Source of the DNA: a bacterium
Lineage (GTDB): Bacteria; Patescibacteriota; Dojkabacteria; SC72
Length of the DNA stretch: 34,924 nucleotides
Reading direction: 5' to 3'
Assembly (NCBI GenBank): GCA_017958745.1
Contig: JAGDCC010000008.1
Location: 1 to 34,924 of the forward strand
Below are positions 18,639 to 27,142 of the stretch, in pieces. Position numbers and translations under genes: made by a program. Position 1 is the first letter of the stretch; every line of letters starts with the position of its first letter. Under the pieces are notes generated by a model. The model saw nothing but the letters and a program-made list of their open reading frames with translations. It did no database searches and had not been told where the DNA came from.

Positions 18639-19512
18639 TCGTTAATGTGCTTATTTTAATTGGATTTTTGCTATCTGCTAGTTTTTTTGTTAATGCAATT
18701 TCGACATCAGGGAATATAAATTTAGAATGCTTAAAGCTTAGCACATAACTGCCTTCATCCCAATGCTTGTTTGATAGAAAATAACCATTAGGACCTGTCT
18801 TATTAGCATATAATATTCTTCCATCTTTTGACTTAAGGTATGTTGTTACATTAGTTATTGGTCTGTAGTCTTTTGTACATAACCATACATTGATATTTCC
18901 AGGAAGGTCATCTTGTCCTTCTATAGTAAATTGATAATTACCAATATTATCTTCTGTTATGAATATATGGTTCTCATCTAGTGGTGCTGCTGGTTGCTCT
19001 GCAAATGTGGTGGTGTTAAGAGTATCTATGTCTCCAATTGTTGCTTCTTGCTCCTTCTCAAATTTTGTCGCTTCATCAATGTTCTTTTGTATACCATCTA
19101 TACTTGTGTCTTCTCCTGCACCGATTATCTTTTTCTTAGTGCTTTGATCACTTGCGACAAGTCTTCCATCTTCTGTTGGCTTTACTGCTGGTTTGTTACG
19201 CTCTTGTTTCATTTCTTTGCTTAACCAAACTCTTTGAGTAGGGGCATTTATTGCCGTAAAATAATTCTTGAGAAAAACATCAGCATCTTGTCCGTTAATT
19301 GGTACCATTCCCATAAAGCATCCAATACCTCCAACCATAATTGCAGCAGGAATAGAAAGCTGTGGCGGTAAGATGTGTTCTGACGTCCAGTTTATAAGGA
19401 TTCCTGCGAGTCCAAGTCCCCCAGCTATCCACACAAATTGTTTGATAGTAAACCTCTCGAACAATTTGAATTGTACGTCTAATACATTTTGTGGTATCGC
19501 ATGTTGTCGCAT
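18631..19512 (-). CDS. PrgI-family (VirB3-like) membrane protein fused to a C-terminal beta-sandwich-like domain
   Basis: N-terminus MRQHAIPQNVLDVQFKLFERFTIKQFVWIAGGLGLAGILIN plus a second TM fits the PrgI pattern. The C-terminus (NINVWLCTKDYRPITNVTTYLKSKDGRILYANKTGPNGYFLS...GSYVLSF) resembles a CarboxypepD_reg-like fold. Confidence 0.65.
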   Translation of the reverse strand: MRQHAIPQNVLDVQFKLFERFTIKQFVWIAGGLGLAGILINWTSEHILPPQLSIPAAIMVGGIGCFMGMVPINGQDADVFLKNYFTAINAPTQRVWLSKEMKQERNKPAVKPTEDGRLVASDQSTKKKIIGAGEDTSIDGIQKNIDEATKFEKEQEATIGDIDTLNTTTFAEQPAAPLDENHIFITEDNIGNYQFTIEGQDDLPGNINVWLCTKDYRPITNVTTYLKSKDGRILYANKTGPNGYFLSNKHWDEGSYVLSFKHSKFIFPDVEIALTKKLADSKNPIKISTLTNG

Positions 19513-19663
19513 ATATAGTCATTTTATACTATATATGTTGTTGTGTCTAATCTTAGACTGCGTTTGCTAAGCTTTTTGTAATAAATAATTTTAATTGTTA
19601 CGGAGCGAAATAACTACTAAATATGCTGTTGTAGTGGCACTTTCCTTCGCTTTGATAAAGCTA

Positions 19664-19692
19664 TTGACACCGGTATGATAGTATCATATACT
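19664..19692 (+). promoter_or_regulatory. Sigma-70-type promoter of hrcA-grpE-dnaK
   Basis: TTGACA (19664-19669), 17-nt spacer, TATACT (19687-19692). Confidence 0.75.
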
Positions 19693-19718
19693 TAGCAGAT
19701 AAACTTAGTGACTGCTAA
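19692..19718 (+). promoter_or_regulatory. CIRCE-like HrcA operator
   Basis: TTAGCAGAT-N9-GACTGCTAA with perfect 7-nt arms TTAGCAG/CTGCTAA. It abuts the -10 and lies just upstream of the hrcA ATG. Confidence 0.75.
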
Positions 19719-19722
19719 ACCT

Positions 19723-20451
19723 ATGGAACTCACAGAAAGACAAAAAGAAATATTAATGGCTATTATAAATGAGTTTATGGATGAGGCTGATGAAGTTGGC
19801 TCTTTGGCATTAGTAGAAAAATATGATTTGGGTGTCAGTTCTGCAACTATTAGAAATGAAATGGTTAAATTAATGAAGCTTGGCCTTTTGGAGAAGAGTA
19901 ATATCTCTTCTGGAAGAATGCCTACAGATCAGGCATTAAGACTTTATGTTTCTAGAGCATTAAGAAATAACGGCTCTAATCCATTGAGTGTTGCGGAAAT
20001 AAGACAAGGAATTTATAGAGATAGATTCTCTCAAGATGTCGTTAAGAGAACGATTTTGAATCTTCTCTCCGAACAGTGTGAATCATTGGTCTTTATGATG
20101 TTGGATGGAGATTTGACCTATTGGGGTGTAAATCAATTGCTTAAATACGATGAGTTTAGAGATGTAGAGAAATTAGAAACAATATTTACATTTTTAGAGA
20201 ATAGTAGTCTTATGAATGACCTTGTAGAGAGGTATTCTCACGATAGTGGTGTAACATTGTTAATCGGAAAAGAGTCAGGAATCAATAACATGAGTGAATG
20301 TGCAATTGCTTTCACTAAGATATCTTTTTGGAATAAAGATGCTTGTTTTGTCGGTGTTATTGGCTCTAAGAGAATGGATTATGCAAGAGTAATTCCTTCT
20401 CTAAAGGAAGTTAGAAATGCTTTAGAAATGTCCATATCTGGATGGAGATAA
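19723..20451 (+). CDS. hrcA: Heat-inducible repressor HrcA (short form, 242 aa)
   Basis: MELTERQKEILMAIINEF...VGSLALVEKYDLGVSSATIRNEMVKLMKLGLLEK is the HrcA winged-helix N-terminus. I chose ATG 19723 over the track GTG 19708 because the latter lies inside CIRCE. Confidence 0.85.
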   Translation: MELTERQKEILMAIINEFMDEADEVGSLALVEKYDLGVSSATIRNEMVKLMKLGLLEKSNISSGRMPTDQALRLYVSRALRNNGSNPLSVAEIRQGIYRDRFSQDVVKRTILNLLSEQCESLVFMMLDGDLTYWGVNQLLKYDEFRDVEKLETIFTFLENSSLMNDLVERYSHDSGVTLLIGKESGINNMSECAIAFTKISFWNKDACFVGVIGSKRMDYARVIPSLKEVRNALEMSISGWR

Positions 20452-20467
20452 TTTAAGTATTAATATT

Positions 20468-21037
20468 ATGAAGAATTTGAAAGATAAAAAGAAAACAGAA
20501 GATTGTTGTGGCTGTCATGATTGTAAGTGTTGTGAGCAAATGAAAGCTAAGTTTGAAGAAGAGAGAAAGAATCTTGTTAATACAATTGACCAAGTGGAGG
20601 ATGAGAAACTTGTTATTAAGGAGCAACTTGCTGGTGCTTTGGCTGATTACCAGAATCTAGAAAAGAAGATGATAGAAAGAATAAATTTGAGATCTTTCCA
20701 AACAAAGAAGTCTATTTGTGAGGAATTATTACCGTCTTTGGATTCTTTGATAATTGCTATAAATACTGGCGAAAAGCTTACTCTTGATGATAATTCCAAA
20801 GCATGGTTAGAGGGTATTAAGGCAACGATGCAGTCCATGATTAAAGGACTGAATGGTATTGGCTTACAAGAATATATTCCTCAAGTAGGAGATTCTTTTG
20901 ATCCAAATACACAAGAAGCATTGGTTAATATAGAAAGCAAAGATGTGCAGGCAGGTTGTGTTGTAGAAGTAGTACAGCCTGGTTATACATTGGATGGAAT
21001 CATTATTAGACATGCAAGAGTTGTTGTTAGTAAGTAA
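20468..21037 (+). CDS. grpE: Nucleotide exchange factor GrpE with N-terminal Cys cluster
   Basis: Coiled-coil plus a C-terminal beta domain (FDPNTQEALVNIE...GYTLDGIIIRHARVVVS). Located between hrcA and dnaK. Confidence 0.9.
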   Translation: MKNLKDKKKTEDCCGCHDCKCCEQMKAKFEEERKNLVNTIDQVEDEKLVIKEQLAGALADYQNLEKKMIERINLRSFQTKKSICEELLPSLDSLIIAINTGEKLTLDDNSKAWLEGIKATMQSMIKGLNGIGLQEYIPQVGDSFDPNTQEALVNIESKDVQAGCVVEVVQPGYTLDGIIIRHARVVVSK

Positions 21038-21065
21038 ATTATTTAAATTTTAATTAATTAAACAT

Positions 21066-22979
21066 ATGTCAAAAATAATTGGAATAGACTTAGGAACTAC
21101 AAATTCGGTTATGGCTTATATGGAAGGTGGAAAACCATCTGTAATCTCTAATGCACAGGGTGGAAGATTGACACCATCTGTTGTTGCAGAGGGAGAAAAG
21201 GGAGAAATCCTTGTTGGTACACCTGCTAAAAACCAAGCAGTAGTAAATCCAGAAGCTACTATTTATTCTGTAAAAAGATTAATAGGTAGGCGTTGGGATG
21301 ATCCGGAGGTGGAGAGAGATAAAAAACTTCTTCCATTTGAAATGAGAGAATCTTCTAATGGTGGAATTGAAGTAAAAATGGGTAGTAAGTGGTATACACC
21401 ACAAGAAATTTCTGCAAAGGTTCTTGCAAAAATGAAGAAAGATGCAGAGGATTATCTTGGGCAAGAAGTAAAAGAAGCTGTTATTACAGTTCCTGCTTAT
21501 TTTGATGATTCTCAAAGACAAGCAACTAAGGATGCAGGTAAAATTGCAGGTTTAGATGTAAAGAGAATTGTTAATGAGCCTACAGCAGCAGCTTTAGCTT
21601 ATGGTGTAGATAAGAAAGGTAAAGATGAGAAGATTGCAGTATTTGACCTTGGTGGTGGTACTTTTGATATCTCTATCTTGGAAATAGGAGATGGTGTCTT
21701 TGATGTATTAGCTACAAATGGAGATACACATCTTGGTGGAGATGACTTTGACCAAATTCTTATCGATTATATTGCAGAGGAATTTAAGAAGAAGGAAGGT
21801 ATTGATTTAAGAGAAGATAAAACTGCATTACAAAGATTGAAGGAAGGTGTAGAGAAAGCAAAGATAGAGTTGTCTTCCAGTGAGCAGACAGAGATTAATA
21901 TTCCTTATATTACAGCTACAAATAGTGGACCAAAGCACTTGAAGGAGGAATTAACAAGATCTCAGTTTGAGAAATTGACATCTAGCCTTATAGATAAGAC
22001 AACAGTTCCTTGTGAGAAAGCTCTTAAGGATGCAGGACTAAGTAAGGAAGATATTGACGAGGTCTTACTAGTGGGTGGAATGTCTAGAGTTCCAGCTGTA
22101 CAAAAGAAGGTAGAAGAGTTCTTTGGAAAAGAGCCAAACAAGGGTGTAAATCCAGATGAGGTTGTTGGTGCAGGTGCTGCAATTCAAGGTGGTGTTCTTG
22201 CAGGAGATGTTACAGATATTACACTTTTGGATGTAACTCCATTGTCTCTTGGTTTGGAAACACTTGGTGGTGTTATGACAAAATTGATTGATAGAAATAC
22301 AACAATTCCTGTAGAAAAGAAGCAAGTATTCTCTACTGCAGCAGATAACCAACCAGCTGTAGAAATAAACGTCTTACAAGGAGAAAGAGAGATGGCTGCA
22401 GATAATAAATCTCTTGGAAGATTTATATTGGATGGTATTCCAGCAGCACCAAGAGGTGTTCCACAGATTGAAGTTACATTCTCTATAGATGCTAACGGTA
22501 TTCTTAATGTTAAGGCATTAGATTTAGCAACAAAGAAAGAGCAGAAGATTACAATTACTGCATCTACTGGTCTTAAAGAAGATGAGATTAACAGAATGGT
22601 AGAGGAAGCAGAAAAGAATGCAGAAGAGGATAAGAAGAAGAAAGAGAGAGCAGAAAAGAAGAATAATGCGGATAGCTTAGCATTTAATGCACTTAAGCTT
22701 ATCGATGAAAATAAGGATAAGATTGAAGAGAGTAAAAGAGATGAGATTAAGAAGAAAGCGGAGGAATTGCAATCTCTTATTGCTAAGGATGACTTTGATT
22801 TGAAGGAAGTAGAAGACAAATCTGATGATTTGATGAAGATTATGCAGGAAGTTGGAAAGAAGATGTATGAAGAGGCATCTAAAGAGCAATCTGCACAACA
22901 GAATAATGATTCTGACAATAAAGAGGAGTCCTCAGATGCAGGAGAAGAGAAGGCAGAAGAAGGAGAGGTTGTTAAGTAA
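21066..22979 (+). CDS. dnaK: Chaperone DnaK (Hsp70)
   Basis: [18 protein letters not shown] and [14 protein letters not shown] motifs. Full length, with an acidic tail. Confidence 0.98.
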   Translation: MSKIIGIDLGTTNSVMAYMEGGKPSVISNAQGGRLTPSVVAEGEKGEILVGTPAKNQAVVNPEATIYSVKRLIGRRWDDPEVERDKKLLPFEMRESSNGGIEVKMGSKWYTPQEISAKVLAKMKKDAEDYLGQEVKEAVITVPAYFDDSQRQATKDAGKIAGLDVKRIVNEPTAAALAYGVDKKGKDEKIAVFDLGGGTFDISILEIGDGVFDVLATNGDTHLGGDDFDQILIDYIAEEFKKKEGIDLREDKTALQRLKEGVEKAKIELSSSEQTEINIPYITATNSGPKHLKEELTRSQFEKLTSSLIDKTTVPCEKALKDAGLSKEDIDEVLLVGGMSRVPAVQKKVEEFFGKEPNKGVNPDEVVGAGAAIQGGVLAGDVTDITLLDVTPLSLGLETLGGVMTKLIDRNTTIPVEKKQVFSTAADNQPAVEINVLQGEREMAADNKSLGRFILDGIPAAPRGVPQIEVTFSIDANGILNVKALDLATKKEQKITITASTGLKEDEINRMVEEAEKNAEEDKKKKERAEKKNNADSLAFNALKLIDENKDKIEESKRDEIKKKAEELQSLIAKDDFDLKEVEDKSDDLMKIMQEVGKKMYEEASKEQSAQQNNDSDNKEESSDAGEEKAEEGEVVK

Positions 22980-23001
22980 AAATCTTTGATTTTGTCTTGC
23001 G

Positions 23002-23031
23002 AAATCCCAGCTATATGCTGGGATTTTTTTT
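23002..23031 (+). terminator. Rho-independent terminator after dnaK
   Basis: aaatcccagc (23002-23011) / gctgggattt (23017-23026), followed by a T run to 23031. Confidence 0.85.
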
Positions 23032-23081
23032 AATATGTAAATGGTGTATTATGAAATAGTCTTAATTATTGAAAAATCTGT

Positions 23082-23921
23082 ATGCTTCCGGTGAAAGAGA
23101 TTAAAGAATTTGTAATAAGTGTTGCTCCAATTTTTTTTATTTTATCTTTTGCATGTGTAGTTTCTGTAGGATTGTTTGCGTACAGTATTAATAACGAAAA
23201 ACAGTTAGCTAATGAGAAGGTTTTGTCTCTTGATGAACAAATCAGTGATTTAAGTAGAGCGAGTGATAGACAAAAAGAGATGATTAAAGACCTGGAAGAA
23301 TCTGTTAAAGATATGGAAAATACAATTCAGGAACTGGAAAATAAAGGAGAGGAGTTGAAAAAGAAAGGTGACGAATTGGAAAGTACTATAACAAGATTGT
23401 CTAGGAGAGATTTTTCTGATGAAGATGTAAAAATGACATTACAAAACTATTTAGATCTTCTGACTGCAATTTCCGTTTACAGATATGTGGAATGGTTAGG
23501 CTTCGAGAATTATAGGAATGATGATGCTGAATGTCGAAAAGGAGACATTGATTCACTAGGATTGAGTGTTTTACATGGAACAAATATTCCATACACAGAG
23601 GTTTTTGCAAGATTACGAGATTATATGTCTGAGGAATTTGTATGGGAGTTTATTAGTGGAGGAAATTCTCGTTATAGTTTACACTACTCTGTTGGGAATG
23701 ATGGTTATTTTTGCTACTCTAGTGGATCCGGTGTTGGTACGCACCTATATTTTACAGTCGCTAGTGTTGCTGTAGAAGATAATCACTCGGGATTATATGT
23801 TGCGGATGTTGTAAATGTATATGGTCTTGATTCTTCTGATGTTTTTAAAGTTGAGTTTAGAGTTGAAGACCATAATGGTAGGTGTGTAATTTCTTATATA
23901 AAAAGTGATTATGAATTTTAA
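23082..23921 (+). CDS. Membrane-anchored coiled-coil protein, paralog A (unknown family)
   Basis: N-terminal TM, a K/E-rich coiled coil, and a C-terminal domain (LQNYLDLLTAI...YTEVFARLRDYMSEEFVW...GYFCY...SGLYVADV...VISYI). Confidence 0.7.
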   Translation: MLPVKEIKEFVISVAPIFFILSFACVVSVGLFAYSINNEKQLANEKVLSLDEQISDLSRASDRQKEMIKDLEESVKDMENTIQELENKGEELKKKGDELESTITRLSRRDFSDEDVKMTLQNYLDLLTAISVYRYVEWLGFENYRNDDAECRKGDIDSLGLSVLHGTNIPYTEVFARLRDYMSEEFVWEFISGGNSRYSLHYSVGNDGYFCYSSGSGVGTHLYFTVASVAVEDNHSGLYVADVVNVYGLDSSDVFKVEFRVEDHNGRCVISYIKSDYEF

Positions 23922-23927
23922 GCTTTT

Positions 23928-24737
23928 ATGAGAAATAAAAAAAAAGTAATAATATGTATATGCGATGCTTTCTTAACCTTGTTCTTGATTGCTGTTGGGT
24001 TGTTTGCATATCATCTTTATAAAGAAAAGCAGATTGTTAACGATAAAGTATTGTTACTTAATGGACAAGTAGAGGAATTAAAAAAAACAAATTCTGAACA
24101 AGAAAGTGCTATAGAGGAAATGGAAGATACAATTCGTGAGATGTCTGTCTCTATCCGTGGTGTGGAAAATAGTAATTATAATCAGGAATATAAAAACCAT
24201 AGATTGGAGAACACTGTAACAAAATTGGTAGGTTTACCGGTATCTTTCTCGGAGGAAGAAATAAAAACGGCGTTACAAAACTATTTAGATTTGCAGACAG
24301 CCATAAAAGAAGGAAAATATTTAGATTGGTTAGGTTTTAAGGATTATCTAGGCAATAATGTCGAGTGTTATAAGTCTTTAATAGATCAATCGCTTGTCCA
24401 CAGAACGAAACTTTTGTATACAGAAGTTTTTACAGGTTTGCGAGACTATATGTCTGAGGAGCTAGTATGGGATTATGTAGGTAATCATCTTCTTGGTAGT
24501 TATTCTGTTAGTAAAGATGGTTATTTCTGCTATATGACAGATAGTTATATTAGTGTTCATAATAGTTACAGGGTTAAAAAAGTTATTGTTAAGGATAGTT
24601 CTTCTGGTTTGTATATTGCAGATGTTACTGAAGTCGGCTCTGCAGATGGTGATTCATCTGCTGTTTTCAATGTTGAGTTTAAGATTGAAGATTATAAAGG
24701 TAAAAGTGTAATTTCTTATATAAACTGGTTGAATTAG
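23928..24737 (+). CDS. Membrane-anchored coiled-coil protein, paralog B (unknown family)
   Basis: Same architecture as paralog A, 6 nt downstream. Shared blocks: LQNYLDLQTAI, YTEVFTGLRDYMSEELVW, GYFCY, SGLYIADV, VISYI. Confidence 0.7.
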   Translation: MRNKKKVIICICDAFLTLFLIAVGLFAYHLYKEKQIVNDKVLLLNGQVEELKKTNSEQESAIEEMEDTIREMSVSIRGVENSNYNQEYKNHRLENTVTKLVGLPVSFSEEEIKTALQNYLDLQTAIKEGKYLDWLGFKDYLGNNVECYKSLIDQSLVHRTKLLYTEVFTGLRDYMSEELVWDYVGNHLLGSYSVSKDGYFCYMTDSYISVHNSYRVKKVIVKDSSSGLYIADVTEVGSADGDSSAVFNVEFKIEDYKGKSVISYINWLN

Positions 24738-24913
24738 CATACTAAAATCTGGGAGTATATTCCCTTTGTAATAAAATATTGTAGTTTTTTAGAGTTTTGT
24801 GATACAATCCACCTACTTTTTGGTTATACTATTGAGAATAATTTAATTGCTCTGTATAATCGTGATTTGTGGAAGGATATTCCTCCTTCTTTTTAAATTA
24901 ATGTTTAATAATT

Positions 24914-27016
24914 ATGGATAAAAGTTCTTACAATGTAGAAATGCCTTTGGATAAAATTAGAAACATTGGTATTATCGCTCATATTGATGCTGGAAAAACA
25001 ACAACAACAGAAAGATTACTATTCTTTACTGGACAGGTACACAAAGTTGGAGAAGTAAGTGATGGAGCAAGTGAAACAGACTTTATGCCACAGGAAAGAG
25101 AAAGAGGAATAACTATCATGTCCGCTGCTGTAACATGCTTCTGGAATTATAATGGAGAAGATTACAGAATCAATGTTATTGATACACCAGGACACGTAGA
25201 CTTTACTGCAGAAGTAGAAAGATCCTTAAGAGTATTAGATGGTGCAGTAGTTGTTTTTGATGGAAGAAAAGGAGTTGAACCTCAATCTGAAACAGTATGG
25301 AGACAGGCAAATAAGTATCACGTACCAAGAATTTGTTTTATGAACAAAATGAACCTTATTGGTGGTGATTTTGACCATAGTTTTTCTACAATTAAGGAAA
25401 GATTATCCAATAAAGCAGTTGCAATAACATTCCCAATTGGAAAAGAGCAGAGTCTTTGTGGTTACATTGACCTTATTAAGATGAAAGCTTACAAGTACGA
25501 TGGAATTGATACACCGGATTTGAACGAGGTTCCTATCCCAGATGATCTTAAAGATAAGGTGGAAGGAATGAGAGCAACTTTGGTAGAAGCGTTGGCAGAA
25601 CAAGATGATGCATTAATGGAGAAGTACTTTGCAGGTGAGGATTTAACAGAAGAGGAAATGTATACTGCTTTGAGAAAAGGAACATTATCTGGAAATCTAT
25701 TCCCAGTATTAGGAGGTGACTCTAGAACAGCAATGTCTAAGACATTGTTAGACTACATAACAATTTGTCTTCCATCTCCAATGGATATTCCACCTGTAAA
25801 AGGTATTGATCCAAAGACAAAAGAAGATATAGAAAGAAAGGCAGATGCAAAAGAACCATTTGCAGGATTAGTATTCAAGATTGTTAACGATGAGCATGTT
25901 GGTAACCTATCTTATTTTAGAGTCTATTCTGGACAGATAACAGCAGGATCTTATGTATTGAACTCTACAAAAGGTACAAAAGAAAGAGTAAGTAGACTTA
26001 TCCTTATGCATGCAGCAGAAAGAGAAGAAGTAGATAAGCTAAAGGTAGGAGATATTGGTGCTATTGTTGGATTAAAAGATTCTATAACAGGAGATACACT
26101 TTGTGATGAAGCACATCCAATAATATTGGAGCAGATTAAATTTGCAGAACCAGTTGTTTCTGAGGCTATTGAACCTGCAACTAAGTCGGATGCAGAGAAG
26201 ATGTCCGAAGCTCTTGGTAGATTTGCAAGAGAGGATCCTACATTTAGAGTATCTTCTAACACAGAAACTGGACAGACAATTATCTCCGGAATGGGTGAGT
26301 TGTATTTGGATATTATTGTAGATAGATTGAAGAGAGAGTTTGGAGTATCTGCGAATGTAGGTGCACCACAAGTAGCATATAAGGAAACAATTAAGGATGT
26401 AGTTGAGCAGTCAGAAGGAAGATATATTAAGCAGTCTGGTGGTAAAGGACAGTATGGACATTGTTGGTTGAAACTGGAGCCAAGTGAAATGGGTAAAGGA
26501 TTTGAGTTTATTAATGAAATTAAGGGAGGTGCTATACCTAGAGAGTATATCCCAGCAATCCAGAAGGGTGTTGAGGAAGCAATGAAATCTGGTGTTGTAG
26601 CGGGATATCCAGTTGTAGATGTCAAAGTAACAGTATTTGATGGATCTTACCATGAGGTTGACTCATCTGAGGCAGCGTTTAAGATAGCTGGTTCTATGGC
26701 ATTTAAGGAAGGAAGTAAGAGAGGAAATCCAATATTGTTAGAGCCTATTATGAAAGTCGATGTTGATACACCAGATGATCATATGGGAGATGTAACTGGA
26801 TCTTTAAGTAGTAAGAGAGGGCAAATACAGAAGACAGAAAGTATTGGCTCTGGTATTAGCAGAATAACAGCTTTAGTTCCATTGGCAGAATTGTTTGGAT
26901 ACACAAGCGAATTGAGATCTTTAACTAGTGGTAGAGGAAGTGCTACTATAGAGCCATCTCATTATGCAGAGGTTCCAAGGAATGTTGCTGATGAAATTGC
27001 TGGTAGAAATAAATAA
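24914..27016 (+). CDS. fusA: Elongation factor G (non-canonical G4/G5 motifs)
   Basis: [24 protein letters not shown] and DTPGHVDF motifs with EF-G domains II-V. G4 reads NKMN rather than NKMD. Confidence 0.93.
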   Translation: MDKSSYNVEMPLDKIRNIGIIAHIDAGKTTTTERLLFFTGQVHKVGEVSDGASETDFMPQERERGITIMSAAVTCFWNYNGEDYRINVIDTPGHVDFTAEVERSLRVLDGAVVVFDGRKGVEPQSETVWRQANKYHVPRICFMNKMNLIGGDFDHSFSTIKERLSNKAVAITFPIGKEQSLCGYIDLIKMKAYKYDGIDTPDLNEVPIPDDLKDKVEGMRATLVEALAEQDDALMEKYFAGEDLTEEEMYTALRKGTLSGNLFPVLGGDSRTAMSKTLLDYITICLPSPMDIPPVKGIDPKTKEDIERKADAKEPFAGLVFKIVNDEHVGNLSYFRVYSGQITAGSYVLNSTKGTKERVSRLILMHAAEREEVDKLKVGDIGAIVGLKDSITGDTLCDEAHPIILEQIKFAEPVVSEAIEPATKSDAEKMSEALGRFAREDPTFRVSSNTETGQTIISGMGELYLDIIVDRLKREFGVSANVGAPQVAYKETIKDVVEQSEGRYIKQSGGKGQYGHCWLKLEPSEMGKGFEFINEIKGGAIPREYIPAIQKGVEEAMKSGVVAGYPVVDVKVTVFDGSYHEVDSSEAAFKIAGSMAFKEGSKRGNPILLEPIMKVDVDTPDDHMGDVTGSLSSKRGQIQKTESIGSGISRITALVPLAELFGYTSELRSLTSGRGSATIEPSHYAEVPRNVADEIAGRNK

Positions 27017-27040
27017 CTGCAAAAATAATATTATAAACAC

Positions 27041-27069
27041 TTGCATATCTTGCAACTTTTTGGTATTAT
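27041..27069 (+). promoter_or_regulatory. Sigma-70-type promoter upstream of tuf
   Basis: TTGCAT (27041-27046), 17-nt spacer ending in TGG, TATTAT (27064-27069). Confidence 0.6.
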
Positions 27070-27075
27070 CCAATG

Positions 27076-27097
27076 CAGTTTCTTAAAAAAGAAACTG
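27076..27097 (+). other. Hairpin in the tuf leader (9-bp stem, AAAA loop)
   Basis: cagtttctt (27076-27084) / aagaaactg (27089-27097). Confidence 0.5.
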
Positions 27098-27142
27098 TAG
27101 CAGTTTTAAGTAAATATATTTAAATTTATAAACAAACAAGAA

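Noticed and set aside
19425-19433. DnaA-box-like ctatccaca
   Set aside because: It is a single 8/9 match inside a coding region with no cluster of boxes, and the strand switches in the window are operon boundaries rather than an origin.
19708-19722. GTG start of hrcA given by the ORF track
   Set aside because: The GTG lies inside the CIRCE operator. The ATG at 19723 gives the canonical MELTERQKEIL HrcA N-terminus.
22184-22918. 244-aa minus-strand ORF antisense to dnaK
   Set aside because: It lies entirely inside the strongly conserved dnaK frame. The S/L/F-rich low-complexity translation is typical of a shadow ORF opposite purine-rich coding sequence.
24871-24895. Possible attenuator hairpin ggaagga-tat-tcctcc followed by a T run in the fusA leader
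   Set aside because: Only 4 contiguous base pairs plus a mismatch, which is too weak to call.
25951-26625. 224-aa minus-strand ORF antisense to fusA (and similar antisense ORFs in groEL at 3515-3862, tuf at 27661-27978, rplV/rpsC at 31340-32135)
   Set aside because: All are nested in conserved housekeeping genes on the other strand and have no recognisable motifs or independent signals.
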